DNA of 64,000 nucleotides from Octopus sinensis (Eukaryota): NCBI RefSeq assembly GCF_006345805.1, contig NC_043023.1, positions 17,360,001 to 17,424,000 of the forward strand, read 5' to 3'. Shown piece by piece: positions 25,132 to 40,025 of this stretch (position 1 is its first letter; each line of letters starts with the position of its first letter). The notes under the pieces were generated by a model. It saw only the letters and a program-made list of their open reading frames with translations, ran no database searches and was not told where the DNA came from. The position numbers and the translations under genes were made by a program.

Positions 25132-25623
25132 GCTGTGAGATATGCGGGAAATGATTCATGAAAGACAGTACTTTAGCCATTCACAGACAAAGACACATCA
25201 GAGAGATGCTTTTAAATTGAAACATCTTCTCCTCCTGCACTCTCTCGTTTTCTCAACAAACTAACTTGAAATTTTGATGGAAGGTTTATTTTTGAACCCT
25301 TTTCTTACCATATTTCTGTTGCCCTTTCTTTCAATTAATTTTGAAAATATTAAAGATTTGAATAAAATAACTTTTTTAATTATGAAGTTGATGTTTGGAA
25401 CATTAAATAATATGAAATTTTAAGGAAGTGTTTTCATTTAGATCACTTTAACTCTTTCGTTACCATATTCTGTTGAAGAACACTGTCTTTGTTTCAATTA
25501 ATTTTGAAAATAAGGAATCAGTTAGTAAAATAACTTTGTCCCTATTCAGCTGGTGTTTGGAGCATAAATTAACATATATTAAACATGGATTCGTTCGTTT
25601 AAATTATCATCAGAAATAAATTA

Positions 25624-26402
<779 letters not shown>

Positions 26403-26803
26403 CACAGAGAGAGAGAGGGTGGGGTGAATGGTTGCATAGATCACAAATCTTAAAATGTTTGTAGAAGTTCTTTTAATCGTTGGTTCGGTCAGTTGCTAAA
26501 TAAGATTCCTTACGGTGGAGTCACCCCTTTAACATTAATGTTGTATGTTGTACATGATATAGAGAAGAGATGTGTTTCAGAAATATGACAGACGAGTCTT
26601 TTTCTCAGATGAAAAACGTTTTATTTAACAACAATAAAATAAATAACTGAGTCACAGAGGAAATATTACAACAGCAAAGAAACAACATAGAATAATCACT
26701 CTTTGAATATTACATTGGGAAAGCAAATACATAAACTTGTCTTTGTGTGCAACAGAATGTTTGAGAAAATATATTAAACATAAGAAGGGAAATAAAGATG
26801 CGA

Positions 26804-26843
<40 letters not shown>

Positions 26844-26943
26844 TAAAATCAAAATGAAGGGGAAATATTGGATGTTAATTTGATAACATCAGTTTAACAC
26901 CAGTGGTCGAGCATATAAAAAACTAAGATTCGGTAATTAGTTT

Positions 26944-27000
<57 letters not shown>

Positions 27001-27158
27001 TATATATATATAATAATGTATATTTATATATATATAATATATATATATTTATATGTGTATGGGTGAATGGTATGTGTGTGTGTGTGTATGTGTGTATATA
27101 TATATGTGTGTGTGTATGTGTGTATATATATATGTGTGTGTGTGTATGTATGTGTATG

Positions 27159-27190
<32 letters not shown>

Positions 27191-27358
27191 CATATATATA
27201 CATATATATGTATATATATATATACATATATATGTATATGTGTATATATATATATACATATATATATATATGTATGTATATATATGTGTGTGTGTATATA
27301 TATATATATATGTATCTATATATCTATATCTATATCTATATCTATATCTATCTATCTA

Positions 27359-27398
<40 letters not shown>

Positions 27399-27417
27399 TG
27401 TATTATATATATATATA

Positions 27418-27454
<37 letters not shown>

Positions 27455-28837
27455 TAATATATATATATAGATATATATATATTTATACTATATGTATGTA
27501 GTATGTATGTATATGTGTGATAAATGTCTTGCATTTCCGAGTTTTAAAAAGGTGTTTGCTGGTGAAAGATAAACTTCGAAATAAGGAATTTAACAATACA
27601 TCAGTTATTAAATTGTAAAAGGTGCGAGTGAGTCAGCATAGGGATCAGTTAAAAACACTACAACGGACAGGTCACTTGTTAGATTCTGACCGTGTGAGAA
27701 GAATTTTATCGTACCCTAACGAGTTAAAAATAAATACTTGTAATAATATATTAGTGTAAGTTTAAGGGATAATTCCATCCCAGGAAATTGTTGTTTTTTT
27801 TTACATGTATTACCTGTACCAAAATATTTCAATTCAATTCCAATAAATTAGTGTCAAAAAATCGTGAGTAATATGTGCAAAAAAGAAAGGTTCTGCTATC
27901 TAATAATCACTATATATGTATACGTATATATATATATACATATATATGATATATATATGTATGTATATATATATATATATGTATGTATATATGTATATAT
28001 ATATATATATGTGTGTGTATATATATGTATACATATATATATATATATACATTTACATATATATATATACATATATTATATATCTACATATATATATAAT
28101 ATATATATTATACGTATGTATATATATATATACATATATATATAGTATATATATACATATATATATATATTATATATATATTATATATATATATATATAT
28201 ATAGATATATTCTATATATATATATATATATACAATATATATACATAATGATTATAATGATTATTAGATAGCGGAACCTATATATATACAATTTAAAAAT
28301 AGGATAAAATCTTAATAAGAATTTATCAAGTAGTTAGCGTGAAAAACCTCATAAGGGAAAACATCCATCAAATTTTCTCTTAAATAAATTCATTTTTTTG
28401 AGGGCTTTACTGTACATAAATGCCACACGCTAGGAGGGTCTCTTAAAGTCAAAACTACCGAAATAAATAAACACACTTATTTTGGTAATTTTTACTTTAA
28501 GGCTCCTTCCTCGAATGTGGCATTTATGTCTAGAAATGCCCTCAATATAAATATAAACACAAATATAAATATAAATAAAAAAAAATATATATGTTCAAAA
28601 TGTAACCACATGTGTATCGTTGGCGATTTTCTTCCTCTGTCTTCCTTTCTATTGGAGATTCCTCTCTTTCTGAAGAAGGATGAGCGTTGCTCGAAACGTT
28701 AAATCATCTTCCTTTCTTCCCTGAGCGTCTGCTAATACTTTACATGAACCACGTCCTCGCGTTAATTCGTTTTGTATTTTTGGGGGTTTTTTCTTCTTTT
28801 TTGGGATTCACTATATATATATATATATATGTATATG

Positions 28838-28871
<34 letters not shown>

Positions 28872-30149
28872 TGTATGTATGTATGTATGTATGTATGTAG
28901 GTAGGTAGGTATATATGTATGTATGTATAATTATCACGAGGTGATATTGATAAAATAAAAGTGAATTCAATAGTGTAAGTTTTGGGGATTTTTGTGTTTT
29001 GTTTTGTTTTTCGTCTACATTTACTGTTTATTTTACATGTTTTTGGCATATCCAATCCAAGTTTGGGGAGAGTCATTTTCTTTTTGTGCCTTTTTATGTA
29101 ACACAATCACCGGTAAAATTTCCACTTATTTCTTATTTTTTATTTTCCTAAAATTTTCGTTGCGTCTTGCAACCTTTTCAATAGTCTTGACTCTGTCCGT
29201 TATTTACACTGCGTTCCCTTTTGTTTGTTTGTGCGCTTGTGTGGGGCCAGTGTGTGTAAGTCAGTGTGTGTGTCTGTGTGTGCCTATACATGCATGCCTG
29301 TATGTATAAACAGACAAATATGGAGACACGGATCCACACATATAAAGATGCACATCCATACATACAAACATGGTACATAGTTGCATAACACACACACACA
29401 CAGACATGCACACACCAGGAGACAGAGGTGCATACATATACAAACACACGCTTACACACACACATATAGGAAATACACAAACACGGACATACAAGCACAT
29501 AAATATGCAGGATACATACATACAAACACACACACAAACATACATATATTCATATGCATGCACAAACATATATATATACACATGCAAACACACAGATATA
29601 CATACATATATACATACATGCATGCATACATACATACATACATACATACATACATACATACATACATACATACATACATACATACATACATGCATGCATG
29701 TATAGGCAGACACACACACTGACTTACACACATGCGCACAAACAAACAAAAGTGAACGCAGTGTAAATAACGGACAGAGTCAAGACTATTGAAAAGGTTG
29801 CAAGACGCAACAAAAATTTTAGGAAAATAAAAATAAGAAAAAAGTGGAAATTTTACCGGTGAGTGTGTTATAAGGCACAAAAAGAAAATCACTCTCCCCA
29901 GACACAACAGAATATGCTTCAACACACGAACTCACATAAAGAATCTTGCAAACCAAATCCAAAAACGAAATACTCCAAGTTTGTTTAGAAAAATCTTGCT
30001 TGTGTCTTACACTTTTTTTCGTAATTTATTGCCTTCACAGTGTTTAACGTTTTAAAAGATTGAATTAGAAAATTGGACAAATCAGAAAACACAAATGAAA
30101 AAATTAAAAAGAGAGAAATAAAAAGAGAAAAAAACAAAACAATTCAACA

Positions 30150-30432
30150 CTTTAGGCTATTGGGGCACGCCAGTATGCTTGCCGCGTTGCCATGGGTGAT
30201 GGCGAGGCTGAGGCATAGGAACAGCCAAGCGCCGTCACGAGCCTCACCAGTTGCCTCTGCTGGGCGAATTGCCAGTGAGTTGCCAGTGAAGACAGGAAAC
30301 TCGCAGTTGGTGGTCCGACTCCACCAAACGTCTGGAATGCCACCGGATGGAAAAAATGTAGATTGCCGACTGATCGCGGTATTTCAGGAATTTTGTTCCG
30401 ATCAGCCTCAGAAGCTGTGTATCTCGCCCTGA
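30150..30432 (-). mobile_element. CRE-like LINE 3' end (paralogue of 9346-9572)
   Basis: Reverse-complement match to 9346-9572. Confidence 0.7.
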
Positions 30433-30509
30433 CCGCATATATGTATATATATATATATATGTATATACATATGTATATATATATGTATATATAATATATA
30501 CGTATATAC

Positions 30510-30565
<56 letters not shown>

Positions 30566-30648
30566 AAAAGTTTAAAAAATACACAAAATGGGACAAGAAC
30601 GTGAAACATTTAGAAGACGACAAAACAACACACAAAAACACAAAACAA

Positions 30649-30680
<32 letters not shown>

Positions 30681-30801
30681 GTATATATATATTATATATA
30701 TGTTCTGTTGTCCCTTTTTATCACCAAGTTGTACGGATGCTTTGCGTTCATGTCCCATTTTGTATTATATGTATATATATATGTATATATATGTATAATA
30801 C

Positions 30802-30859
<58 letters not shown>

Positions 30860-30861
<2 letters not shown>

Positions 30862-31640
30862 GGAGTAAACACATAAATGTGAAACAGGTGGAAAAAAGAG
30901 TACTCAAATACCAGTGGTAGAGTAATATGCTTTTTTAAGCAGCAGAAAATTCAACAAAATCTGTTACTCTGAGTTTCTCGTTGCCGTTCATCAGACAGTT
31001 TTGCTAGAATGGAACTGATATATCAATTCAATCTATACTCTTACAAACGCTACACCTTTAAAAGAAATGGACTTTTTGATTGGCCCTTTAGAAAAAACGG
31101 TCAATCTTCGAGCGATAAACAAAAAGGTCAAAAATATATGTATATATATATAAAAAAACTTATAAAAATTATAAAATCCGAGGAAAAAACCTATTGACGT
31201 TAATGAAGACAGTGCAAATTAATGCATAGAAATTAAACCTGTTATAAATACTGCAATACATATTTATATTAAAATCTACATATATATATCAACATACACA
31301 TGTATGTTGATATATATATGTGGTTTAATTTCTATGCATTAATTTGCATTGTCTTCATTAACGTCAATAGGTTTTTTCCTCGGATTTTATAATTTTTATA
31401 AGTTTTTTTATATATATATACATATATTTTTGACCTTTTTGTTTATCGCTCGAAGATTGACCGTTTTTTCTAAAGGGCCAATCAAACAAGTCCATTTCTT
31501 TTTAAAGGTGTAGCGTTTGTAAGAGTATAGATTGAATTGATATATCAGTTCCATTCTAGAAAAAACTGTCTGATGAACGGCAACGAGAAACTCAGAGTAA
31601 CAGATTTTGTTGAATTTTCTGCTGCTTAAAATAAAGTATA
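30860..31640. mobile_element. Penelope-like pLTR fragment in fold-back arrangement with two minimal hammerheads
   Basis: ~30935-31260 is the reverse complement of ~31320-31630; hammerheads at 30961-30998 (-) and 31566-31603 (+): ctgt-CTGATGA-A-CG-GCAA-CG-A-GAAA-CTCAGAG-TA-acag. Confidence 0.7.
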
Positions 31641-31714
31641 TATATATATATATATATACAAATGTATATACATATAACTGAAACGATGTAGATTGTTTTT
31701 TGTCATCAAAAAAT

Positions 31715-31774
<60 letters not shown>

Positions 31775-32209
31775 TAAATTAGAGATAAAACCACTATTAG
31801 GCAAATCAAGCAGTGAAAATCATAAGCCAATACATAGAAATAAAATTAATTAAAAAAAATATAAAATATAAAAAATATAAAATTCCAAATTAGATTATTT
31901 AAATAATTTTTTAATGTTTACTTTAATTTGAATATTTTAATTTGGAATTTTATATTTTATATTTTTTTTAATTAATTTTATTTCTATGTATTGGCTTATG
32001 ATTTTCACTGTTTTATTTGCCTAATAGTGTTTTATCTCTATTTTAATATATATATATTTATATATATATTTATATATATATATTTATATATATATTTATA
32101 TATATATATATATATATTTGCGTGTGTGTGTGTGTGTGTATTTGAGGACTAAAAACAATCTCCATCGTTTCAGTTTTATCAGCCATTAAAACTATACTTA
32201 CTCCAACAA

Positions 32210-32840
32210 TGGAGGGAACTAGGCTTGTCTGCTCCTCAGGAGGTGGAGGACAGACGGAGTGAGTGAGCTTTGGACAGCATAATTTCGAAGACCGCCTTCA
32301 ACTCGCTCTTCATCCAGTTGGACCAGTTTTCCAGGTACTGCTTTCTGTCTGCTAGCGCCAAATACTCGGTTGACTGGATTGATGCCATCCCTGTGGCTAA
32401 TTTTGGTGGTCCACTCATCTTGGACGAACTTCGTGTCTCCATTGCTCTCAGAATAGGAGTTGACGTATGCACGAGTTTGGTCTGTCGTTGTGGCAGGCTC
32501 CTCGACTCCACGGGCTTCCATGGTTTTTCTTGCCACCTGAATCTTGGAACCATCTTGATTGTCCAGATGTGATAGGAAAAGACCTGACGGCCTCACCCTG
32601 TGCCCGTGGTCGCGAGACAGATTCCTTGTCTGGATGTCACAGATAGCGACTCCTTTGCTTCTCTTCACATCCTGGATGGTGCTGTCAGGACAAGATACAC
32701 AGCTTCTGCGGCTGATCGGAACAAAATCCTGAAATACCGCTATCAGTCCGCCCATTTTCCATCCGTGGCATTCCAGACGTTTGGTGGAGTCGTACCACTA
32801 AATGCGAGTTTCCTGTCTTCAATGGCAACTCACTAGCAAT
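32210..32840 (+). mobile_element. CRE-like non-LTR retrotransposon fragment (CCHC knuckle + restriction-like endonuclease)
   Basis: CRCGRLLDSTGFHGFSC followed, after a frameshift, by RPDGLTLCPWSRDRFLVWxVTDSD...KILKY...AFQTFG. Confidence 0.75.
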
Positions 32841-33966
32841 TCGCGTACATTTTTCTCACATCTGGATTTTATTAATTTTTACCAATGTCTTTAAATTTTT
32901 TAATATTTTTTCTTTCACCGTTCTTCTCTCACAGAACTTGTGTCTTTTCTCTTTCATGCTTATTTCAGCACAAACCTTCCGTCCGCCTGAAACCGTTTCA
33001 CACTCGTATACTTTCCCACACATCCATCACTCCCTCCTCAATCCTCTCCCCTTTTCATCTCCTTCTCATTCGTGCTCACTTCTACCTCCTCACATCCACA
33101 CTTTCTTCTCCTTAACGACAACTCTCTCACACACACACACCATCATCTCGCATACCCATCGTATCTACACCACCAAACTTCAGAATTTGCACACTTCTAG
33201 ACACATGCATATCCCAAGCAACCGTACACACACACACTTTCCTATATGTCCAGTTTCAGATAATGTTCCACTTCAATACTTGCACACAGACACCCATCCC
33301 TCTTCCCTTATTAACTCCCTCCTCATTGAACTGCATTTCATCCGCTTCCTAACACTTTGTCCGTTTTCCCTCTCTTTCTCTCTTCCTCTCTCATCTTTTA
33401 TTCTTCTTTCTAACTCCTATAGGCTTTTCCTTTCCTTCTGATGAAGGACTCACCTCTGAAATCTTGAGATTTTCTCTTGTATTAAAGCATTAAGCTAACA
33501 GCGTATCTGTTGAACGCTGTCCTGTCTATGATGTCCTTGATTATGATTCAAAGCATTTACACTGTACAACAATATCTGTCTGACCGTGTGTATGCTTGTA
33601 TGTCTGTATGTATGTATGTGTCTATGTATGTATGTATGTATGTATGTACGTACGTACGTATGTATTTGTCTATGTATGTATGTATGTATGTATGTATGTA
33701 TGTATGTATGTATGTATGTATGTGTCTATGTATGTATGTATGTATGTATGTATGTATGTATGTATGTATGTATGTATGTGCGCATGTATGTAAGAATATG
33801 CAGTTTCTGGAATAATATATATTCTACTTCAAAACCACTGAGATGACCATGGCTTCGTAACTTCCAAGTACAGCTGGGAAAAAAGGAAACAATTGTTAGA
33901 AATTAATGCAATTAACTCGAAATTTCCCGATAATCATCGCACACACACACAAACACCCCCACCATA

Positions 33967-34001
<35 letters not shown>

Positions 34002-34057
34002 TACATACATACATACATACATACATACATACATACATACATACACAAATACATTCA

Positions 34058-34092
<35 letters not shown>

Positions 34093-34121
34093 CCCTATAA
34101 AAAGTAAAGTTTGTTACTAAG

Positions 34122-34325
34122 TTAACCGCTGAAAACACTAAATAAAATTGATAACATTTCAGGTTTTTGTGTCATTGAAATTAATTTGACCATTCCGCAA
34201 ATAACTGTGCACCTATTTTCCGAAAACGGAAAGGCAGGAGTGAGACGAGTTGGTGATGTATCAGATCCGATTTCTAGCAATCCACGGACTGTCTTTGTCT
34301 TTTTCACCGTAATGCTTTTCAGACA
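34122..34325 (-). CDS. Candidate terminal exon of PAN-domain gene copy B
   Basis: tttttcag acceptor; open frame CLKSITVKKTKTVRGLLEIG...MLSILFSVFSG*; third-position-biased divergence from copy A; junction to exon 3 unresolved. Confidence 0.45.
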   Translation of the reverse strand, partial: CLKSITVKKTKTVRGLLEIGSDTSPTRLTPAFPFSENRCTVICGMVKLISMTQKPEMLSILFSVFSG

Positions 34326-34439
34326 CTGAAAAAATATTCAACCATCACTGAATCCACCCCAAACATTCTCACATACATACATACATACATACTACATACA
34401 TACATACATACATACATACATACATACACGACCTACAAT

Positions 34440-34812
34440 CTCAATGAGCTGGATCCGCCTACTACCAGAACACATGACAACGACCTATACATCCGCCTAC
34501 TACCAGAACACATGACAACGACCCATAGATCCGCCTACTACGAGAACACATGACCACTACCAGAACATGACCACGACCCAGAAATCCACCCACAACCAGA
34601 ACACATGACAACGACCCATAGATCCACCCACTACCAGAACACATGGCAACGACCCATAGATCCACCCACTACCAGAACACATGACCACTACCAGAACACA
34701 TGACAACGACCCATAGATCCACCCACTACCAAAACACATGACCACTACCAGAACATGACCACGACCCAGAAATCCACCCACAACCAGAACACATGACAAC
34801 GACCCATAGACT
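34440..34812. repeat. Minisatellite (~38-bp unit with ~19-bp subunits), absent from the paralogous arm
   Basis: gatccacccactaccagaacacatgacaacgacccata variants repeated. Confidence 0.85.
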
Positions 34813-35987
34813 GAGGTCAAAATGTATCTAAGAGATTGACTTTATCAGATTTATCAAAATTTATCTCAGACATAAAGAAATCAAAACGTATTTCACAGTC
34901 ACACACATGTCCCGTTTCTTTTGCGGTTCAGTGTATAGCAACACAAACCAACTCTTCATAATCACACGCCAGAGAGCAGGGAAAACAGTTATCAGCACCG
35001 TTTCTCCGTAAATTTCCCGAAGAAGGATTCCTTGCTCCGAAATACTGAAATACTAGAGAAGAGTATAAACCACTGAGTTGTATTATTAATATTTTGTTAC
35101 AACTTGCATTGTTTTGGCTTTAAAGAAAATTTATTTGAAAGATCTATGTTTATGAAACAATGCTTCTTGTAAACCAGACCTTTGCGCGCATGCACACACA
35201 CACGCACACATGCACGCACGCACGCACACATGCACACACACATGCATACACACACACGCACACATGCATGCGCACACGCCAACACAGAGTTATACTATCA
35301 ATTATACTGAAATCAGGAGGCGATGTTTTACTTACAACCGTTTCGCTTTTTGCGAGAAATATCGTACTCTTCCTTATTTCCACTTTTTCTTTTGACTTCT
35401 ATCCTTCTGTATTTATGCACAATGGTAAATTCCGGGTAACTGAAACTAAAATATTACAATTGATAAATTGTTTTTCTTATGTTTTTGTTATTTTCTATGT
35501 TTACATGCTTTTTTTTATGTAATCCCACACAAAATCAATTGTACCCTCATCGATCTTTTTCCCAAACCTTAAGCTTCATAACGAAAACATTATCATTCTC
35601 ATTATTATAAGGCGGCGAGTTGGCAGAATCTTTAGCATGCCGGATAAAATGCTTAGCAGTATTTTGTCCGTCTATACATCCTGAGTTCAAATTCCGCCGA
35701 GGTCGACTTTGCCTATCACCATTTCAGGGGTCGTTGAAATGATTACCAGTTTGACACTGGTACCGATGCAATCGACAACCCCCCCACTCCCCGCTCCCAA
35801 CAAACTGTCAGACGTTCTGCCTTTAGTGGAAAGGATTATTATTATGGAATTATAATATTATACAACAATGAGACATAAAGTATATCTGTGAACTTTCCTC
35901 TTATATATACACCGTGAAAGTGTTCAAAAGAACAATTATTAAATAATTAAAGATGTTAATTATGAGTTAAGAAGAGATAATATATAC

Positions 35988-36136
35988 TTCTCATTGAAAG
36001 TAAATTTCTCTGGAAGGAAATGGCTAAATGTATGATTAATTAATTTCTCTTTCTGGAACCACGATATAGAATTCGTCCCTGTTCCATCGAAAATGATTAC
36101 TTTATCACCTGATGCTTTTTTCAAACGAAACTCCAC
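35988..36136 (-). CDS. Exon 3 of PAN-domain gene copy B (VEFRLKKASGDKVIIFDGTGTNSISWFQKEKLINHTF...)
   Basis: tttgcag acceptor, open frame, AA|gtatat donor. Confidence 0.72.
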
Positions 36137-37385
36137 CTGCAAATAGAAAGTAAATTCGGACTTGTAACGAACCTCAGAGAATGGGGGAGGACAGAGTTGT
36201 AGGAAGAGGAAGGAGACTAGGATATGATATAAGAAGAGAGTAGGAGGATGAGAATAAGATGGAGAGAACAGTGGCGGGGGGAAGAGTGAGACTTTGAGTG
36301 CAGGAGAAAAAGAGTAGAGAAGACAAGAACTAGGAGGAGGAGGAGGAGGAGAGAGAGAGAGAGACAGTCAGAAGGAAGGAAAATGAGAAGATGAAATGCT
36401 ATGTCGCGTTAGAAGTGCAAAATTGAGACAGAAATTGATTGGGTTTGAGAGGAAAACGTGGCTGACTTACGAGACAGAGAATCAGACTACTAACTAATGA
36501 GTCATGATTTCGGAGTCTTTCTAAAAGTTTTGTTGCATCTATAGGAACTAGAAAACCCTGACAAAATCAGGATAAAACAAAGACAAAAACAGCAAGAATC
36601 GATCCCACATCAAAGACATATCGATGTTCTGTGGAGGAATCAAGAGAGATATCAGGAATGGAAGTAAAGGAGTTGTGACGTCACCTCAAGAAAGGGGCTT
36701 TCGATCTGCCTCTTCCTTGGTCAAGACTCTTAGGTGGAGCGGATGCCAGAGGGACAGTAGCTTTTGACCAAATGCTGGGGTACGCATGTAGGTGTGTCCA
36801 ACAAGTTCTTTTGACCCTGGTAGAGTGTAGCTTTTCTGAAGTTCGTCTCGAATTAAAAGCATTTTTACTATCCCAACTACATATTCGTGAATTTCATCCT
36901 TCCACCGCTTCCTTTTAAAATGCAAGACAAACGTTTTTCCTCGCTGATACAGAACCTTCTCATAATCTCTCCCCTTCTTTCTCCACCTCATGTCTACCCA
37001 ACCCTATACACCTACACTTATAACCACTCACCATTCTTATTTCGATTTTAGCAGTTAAAGTCCCTTGTTATTCCACTTCAAAATATGTATTCCTCAACGA
37101 TCCAACATCTGCTGTGGTTCTATCGTTCTCCAAGCTCCCCCTTAAATCCCCTTTTCTATTTATAACCATAACATGCATGAAAATAATCCACAGTATCAAA
37201 ACTGGATCCCCTTTGTTACTAAAAGCAAACTGCAAGAACAAAATAGACGGTACGAAGGGCACTGAAGTCATACACCCTTATAATATCGACAGAAAAAAAG
37301 GGAAAAATCAAATGCCCCAAAATATAGCGGATTGACTAAAATGGAGATTGTTTATTAAATGAGGAGAATTTTGAAATTCCATTAC

Positions 37386-37477
37386 CTTTTCAATGGGCAA
37401 TTTGTCCCAGTATAAATAAATAGGACTTCTTTTGAATGAGTTTGGGGTCATCTCAAATACTTTCTGCCAATCTGTAA
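37386..37477 (-). CDS. Exon 2 of PAN-domain gene copy B (VTDWQKVFEMTPNSFKRSPIYLYWDKLPIEK)
   Basis: 92 nt with the same splice sites and phases as 4706-4797. Confidence 0.78.
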
Positions 37478-37538
37478 CTGTATCAGTAAATAGATAGAAA
37501 TCAATAATTTACATGAAAATGTACAGACAATATGTTAA

Positions 37539-38118
37539 CCCTTGAGGGGCAAGAAAGTGTTGCATGAATATGTTTAACAAACAGGCAAAAAACGAAACAA
37601 ACGATTTTATTAAGAGTAATTTTTATATTTATTTTCATCTTAATTAAGTACAAAAGCTATAATAATTGTTAGTCTCTCGTACAGTAAATTTGACGATCTC
37701 ATTATTTTTGAGTGCCATAAAACAGTCCCTTTTCTTTGCGTCCGGCATTATCGTAAATTTATTTAAGATTCCCGCATAGTTGTCAAATAGATATACAAAT
37801 GGACAAAAATCGATGCTCTTTATCGATCCATAGTTAGGCGGCCAATCACTTTCTTCCGTGTTATCTAGAATATCGTCATCATCATCATCATGTACTTCAT
37901 CTGATAATGAAGGAAATTTCTTCATTCCAGTATAAATCTTCCGTTTGCGACCTGATTTCTGCCACCGATAAGGGCCGCTTACGATCAGGCACAATTCACG
38001 AAATAATCGCCCAGGCATGAATTGATTTGCGGCGAATCTATGTAAAAGTTCTTTTAAACATCATGTTATCCACTTTTCTCTAACGAAACAGCAATTGATT
38101 ACGTTCGCCGATTACAGG
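37539..38118. mobile_element. Non-autonomous piggyBac-like element (paralogue of 4066-4644)
   Basis: TTAA at both ends; degenerate TIRs. Confidence 0.75.
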
Positions 38119-38417
38119 TTAAAGAATGCCGGCGCAACGCCTTTACTTGAAGTAATCGAACCACAGGATTTATTTTTTGTAAACCTAGTACTTGTTCAAT
38201 CGGTGTGTTTTGCCAAAAAGCTAGGTTACAAGGATGTAAACACAGCAACATCGATTGTCAAGCGATGATTGGGATACAAACACACACACACACACACACA
38301 CCACACACACACAAATATACATATATATATGACATATATATATATATACACTACGGGCTTCTTTCAGTTTCCGTCTACGAAATCCAATGACAAGGATTTG
38401 GTGGGCCTGAGGCTATA

Positions 38418-38504
<87 letters not shown>

Positions 38505-38586
38505 ACTTATTATATTATATATTTTTTATCATCCATTTTATACTTTTTGAGATCTAGTTATAAGCTATATATTTTTAAAAAATTAT

Positions 38587-38654
<68 letters not shown>

Positions 38655-38761
38655 TATATATATATATTATTTGTTATTTATATATTGGTTTATGTCTATC
38701 ACTGTTTGAGTTGCATAATAGTGGTTTTATCTCTAATTTATATTATATATAAATATATATA

Positions 38762-38794
<33 letters not shown>

Positions 38795-39100
38795 CGAGGG
38801 GTGTATGAAACATTTTGAGCCTAACCTAGAAACAAGGCTGCTAGGTGGCTGATACGGCTTTTTTTCTGGTCAGTGCAGTCTTTTCGGAGTATTTTTGCTC
38901 ATTTTCATGATTCTGATATTTTTAATTTTTCGTTGCAGATTTTTGAATAAACAAGCGTCGAGGTTACAAGGAAAATGGAGAAAACTGAGTATGGGGCTGT
39001 CATAAAGTACCTTCATTTGAAAAGCATGACTCCATCAGAAATCCATGAAGATATGGTGAGAACCTTAACGGACAATGCTCCTTCATATGCAACTGTAAAC
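38795..39100 (+). mobile_element. Tc1/mariner 5' fragment
   Basis: TA-cgaggggtgtatgaaa TIR; MEKTEYGAVIKYLHLKSMTPSEIHEDMVRTLTDNAPSYATV is a mariner HTH N-terminus. Confidence 0.8.
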
Positions 39101-39690
39101 GTTCTAGTTGAGAGATTGTGTCTTTGCACTGGTAGAAAGGGAAGACTGTGGAATTTGGTTTGATGTTACCTGCACATTTTTCTATATGTTCACTGAGAGG
39201 AATTTGTCTGTATTGCGGGAAACGGATTTGCTCTTTCTGTAAAGTGGTTCTCTTTCTCAAGGTCATACTCGTTTGTCCAATATAGTGGTGTCTGAAACTC
39301 GAGCAGGTTTTTACATAAATTAGGTTCTCAGAGGCACAAGGGAAACTAGTTTTAATTGTGAACCTCTATCCTTGTTTGAAAAAGAAATCCAAGCCTTCAA
39401 GCAGGTTGGGGCAGTTTCCACAGTGTGGGCGTCCACATTTTTCAACATTTGGTTTCGTGGTTATTTTGTAAAGCTTCGCATTTCTTAGTAGTCTCTTTAG
39501 CGATTTGTCTTGTTTTTTGCATTTGATGAGTTTGCGTGTTTTCAGGATGTCGTACCTTTTTTGATCTCTACTTAGTAAAGGAAGAGTTTGCGCAATAGTG
39601 TTGAATGCCTCACTTTTTGTGGGGTAGTGTGTTGATATCAACACAACTGTACACCTTTGTAACTCATTCATATTTTATTCACTTACTCTG
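39101..39690 (-). mobile_element. Penelope-like GIY-YIG fragment (paralogue of 2610-3192)
   Basis: ORFs 39366-39671 (…KCGRPHCGNC…) and 39000-39266 (MTLRKRTTLQKEQI…). Confidence 0.85.
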
Positions 39691-39798
39691 AAATCTGCAC
39701 ATCGGAAATTTTATAGAAAATATTTTTGTATTTTTATATAAAGTACATGTATACATGCATATGTAGATATATATATAAATACATATATATATACTCAT

Positions 39799-39842
<44 letters not shown>

Positions 39843-39869
39843 TACATACATACATACATACGTACATAC

Positions 39870-39948
<79 letters not shown>

Positions 39949-40025
39949 TGTATGTGTATATATAAAACATAGTGTTAATGACGCTTAAATTAGAAAAGCA
40001 CATAAGAAAATTGTGATTCACATAC

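Noticed and set aside
28665-28715. Hammerhead-like CTGAAGAAGGATGAGCGTTGCTCGAAACG (and the paralogue at ~11030-11070, minus strand)
   Set aside because: Extra bases between the core and stem II, and no convincing stem I or NUH; at best a decayed Penelope motif.
33430-33475. CTGATGAAGGACTCACCTCTGAAA hammerhead-like motif
   Set aside because: Stems I and III do not pair, and the paralogue near 8700 has the centre deleted.
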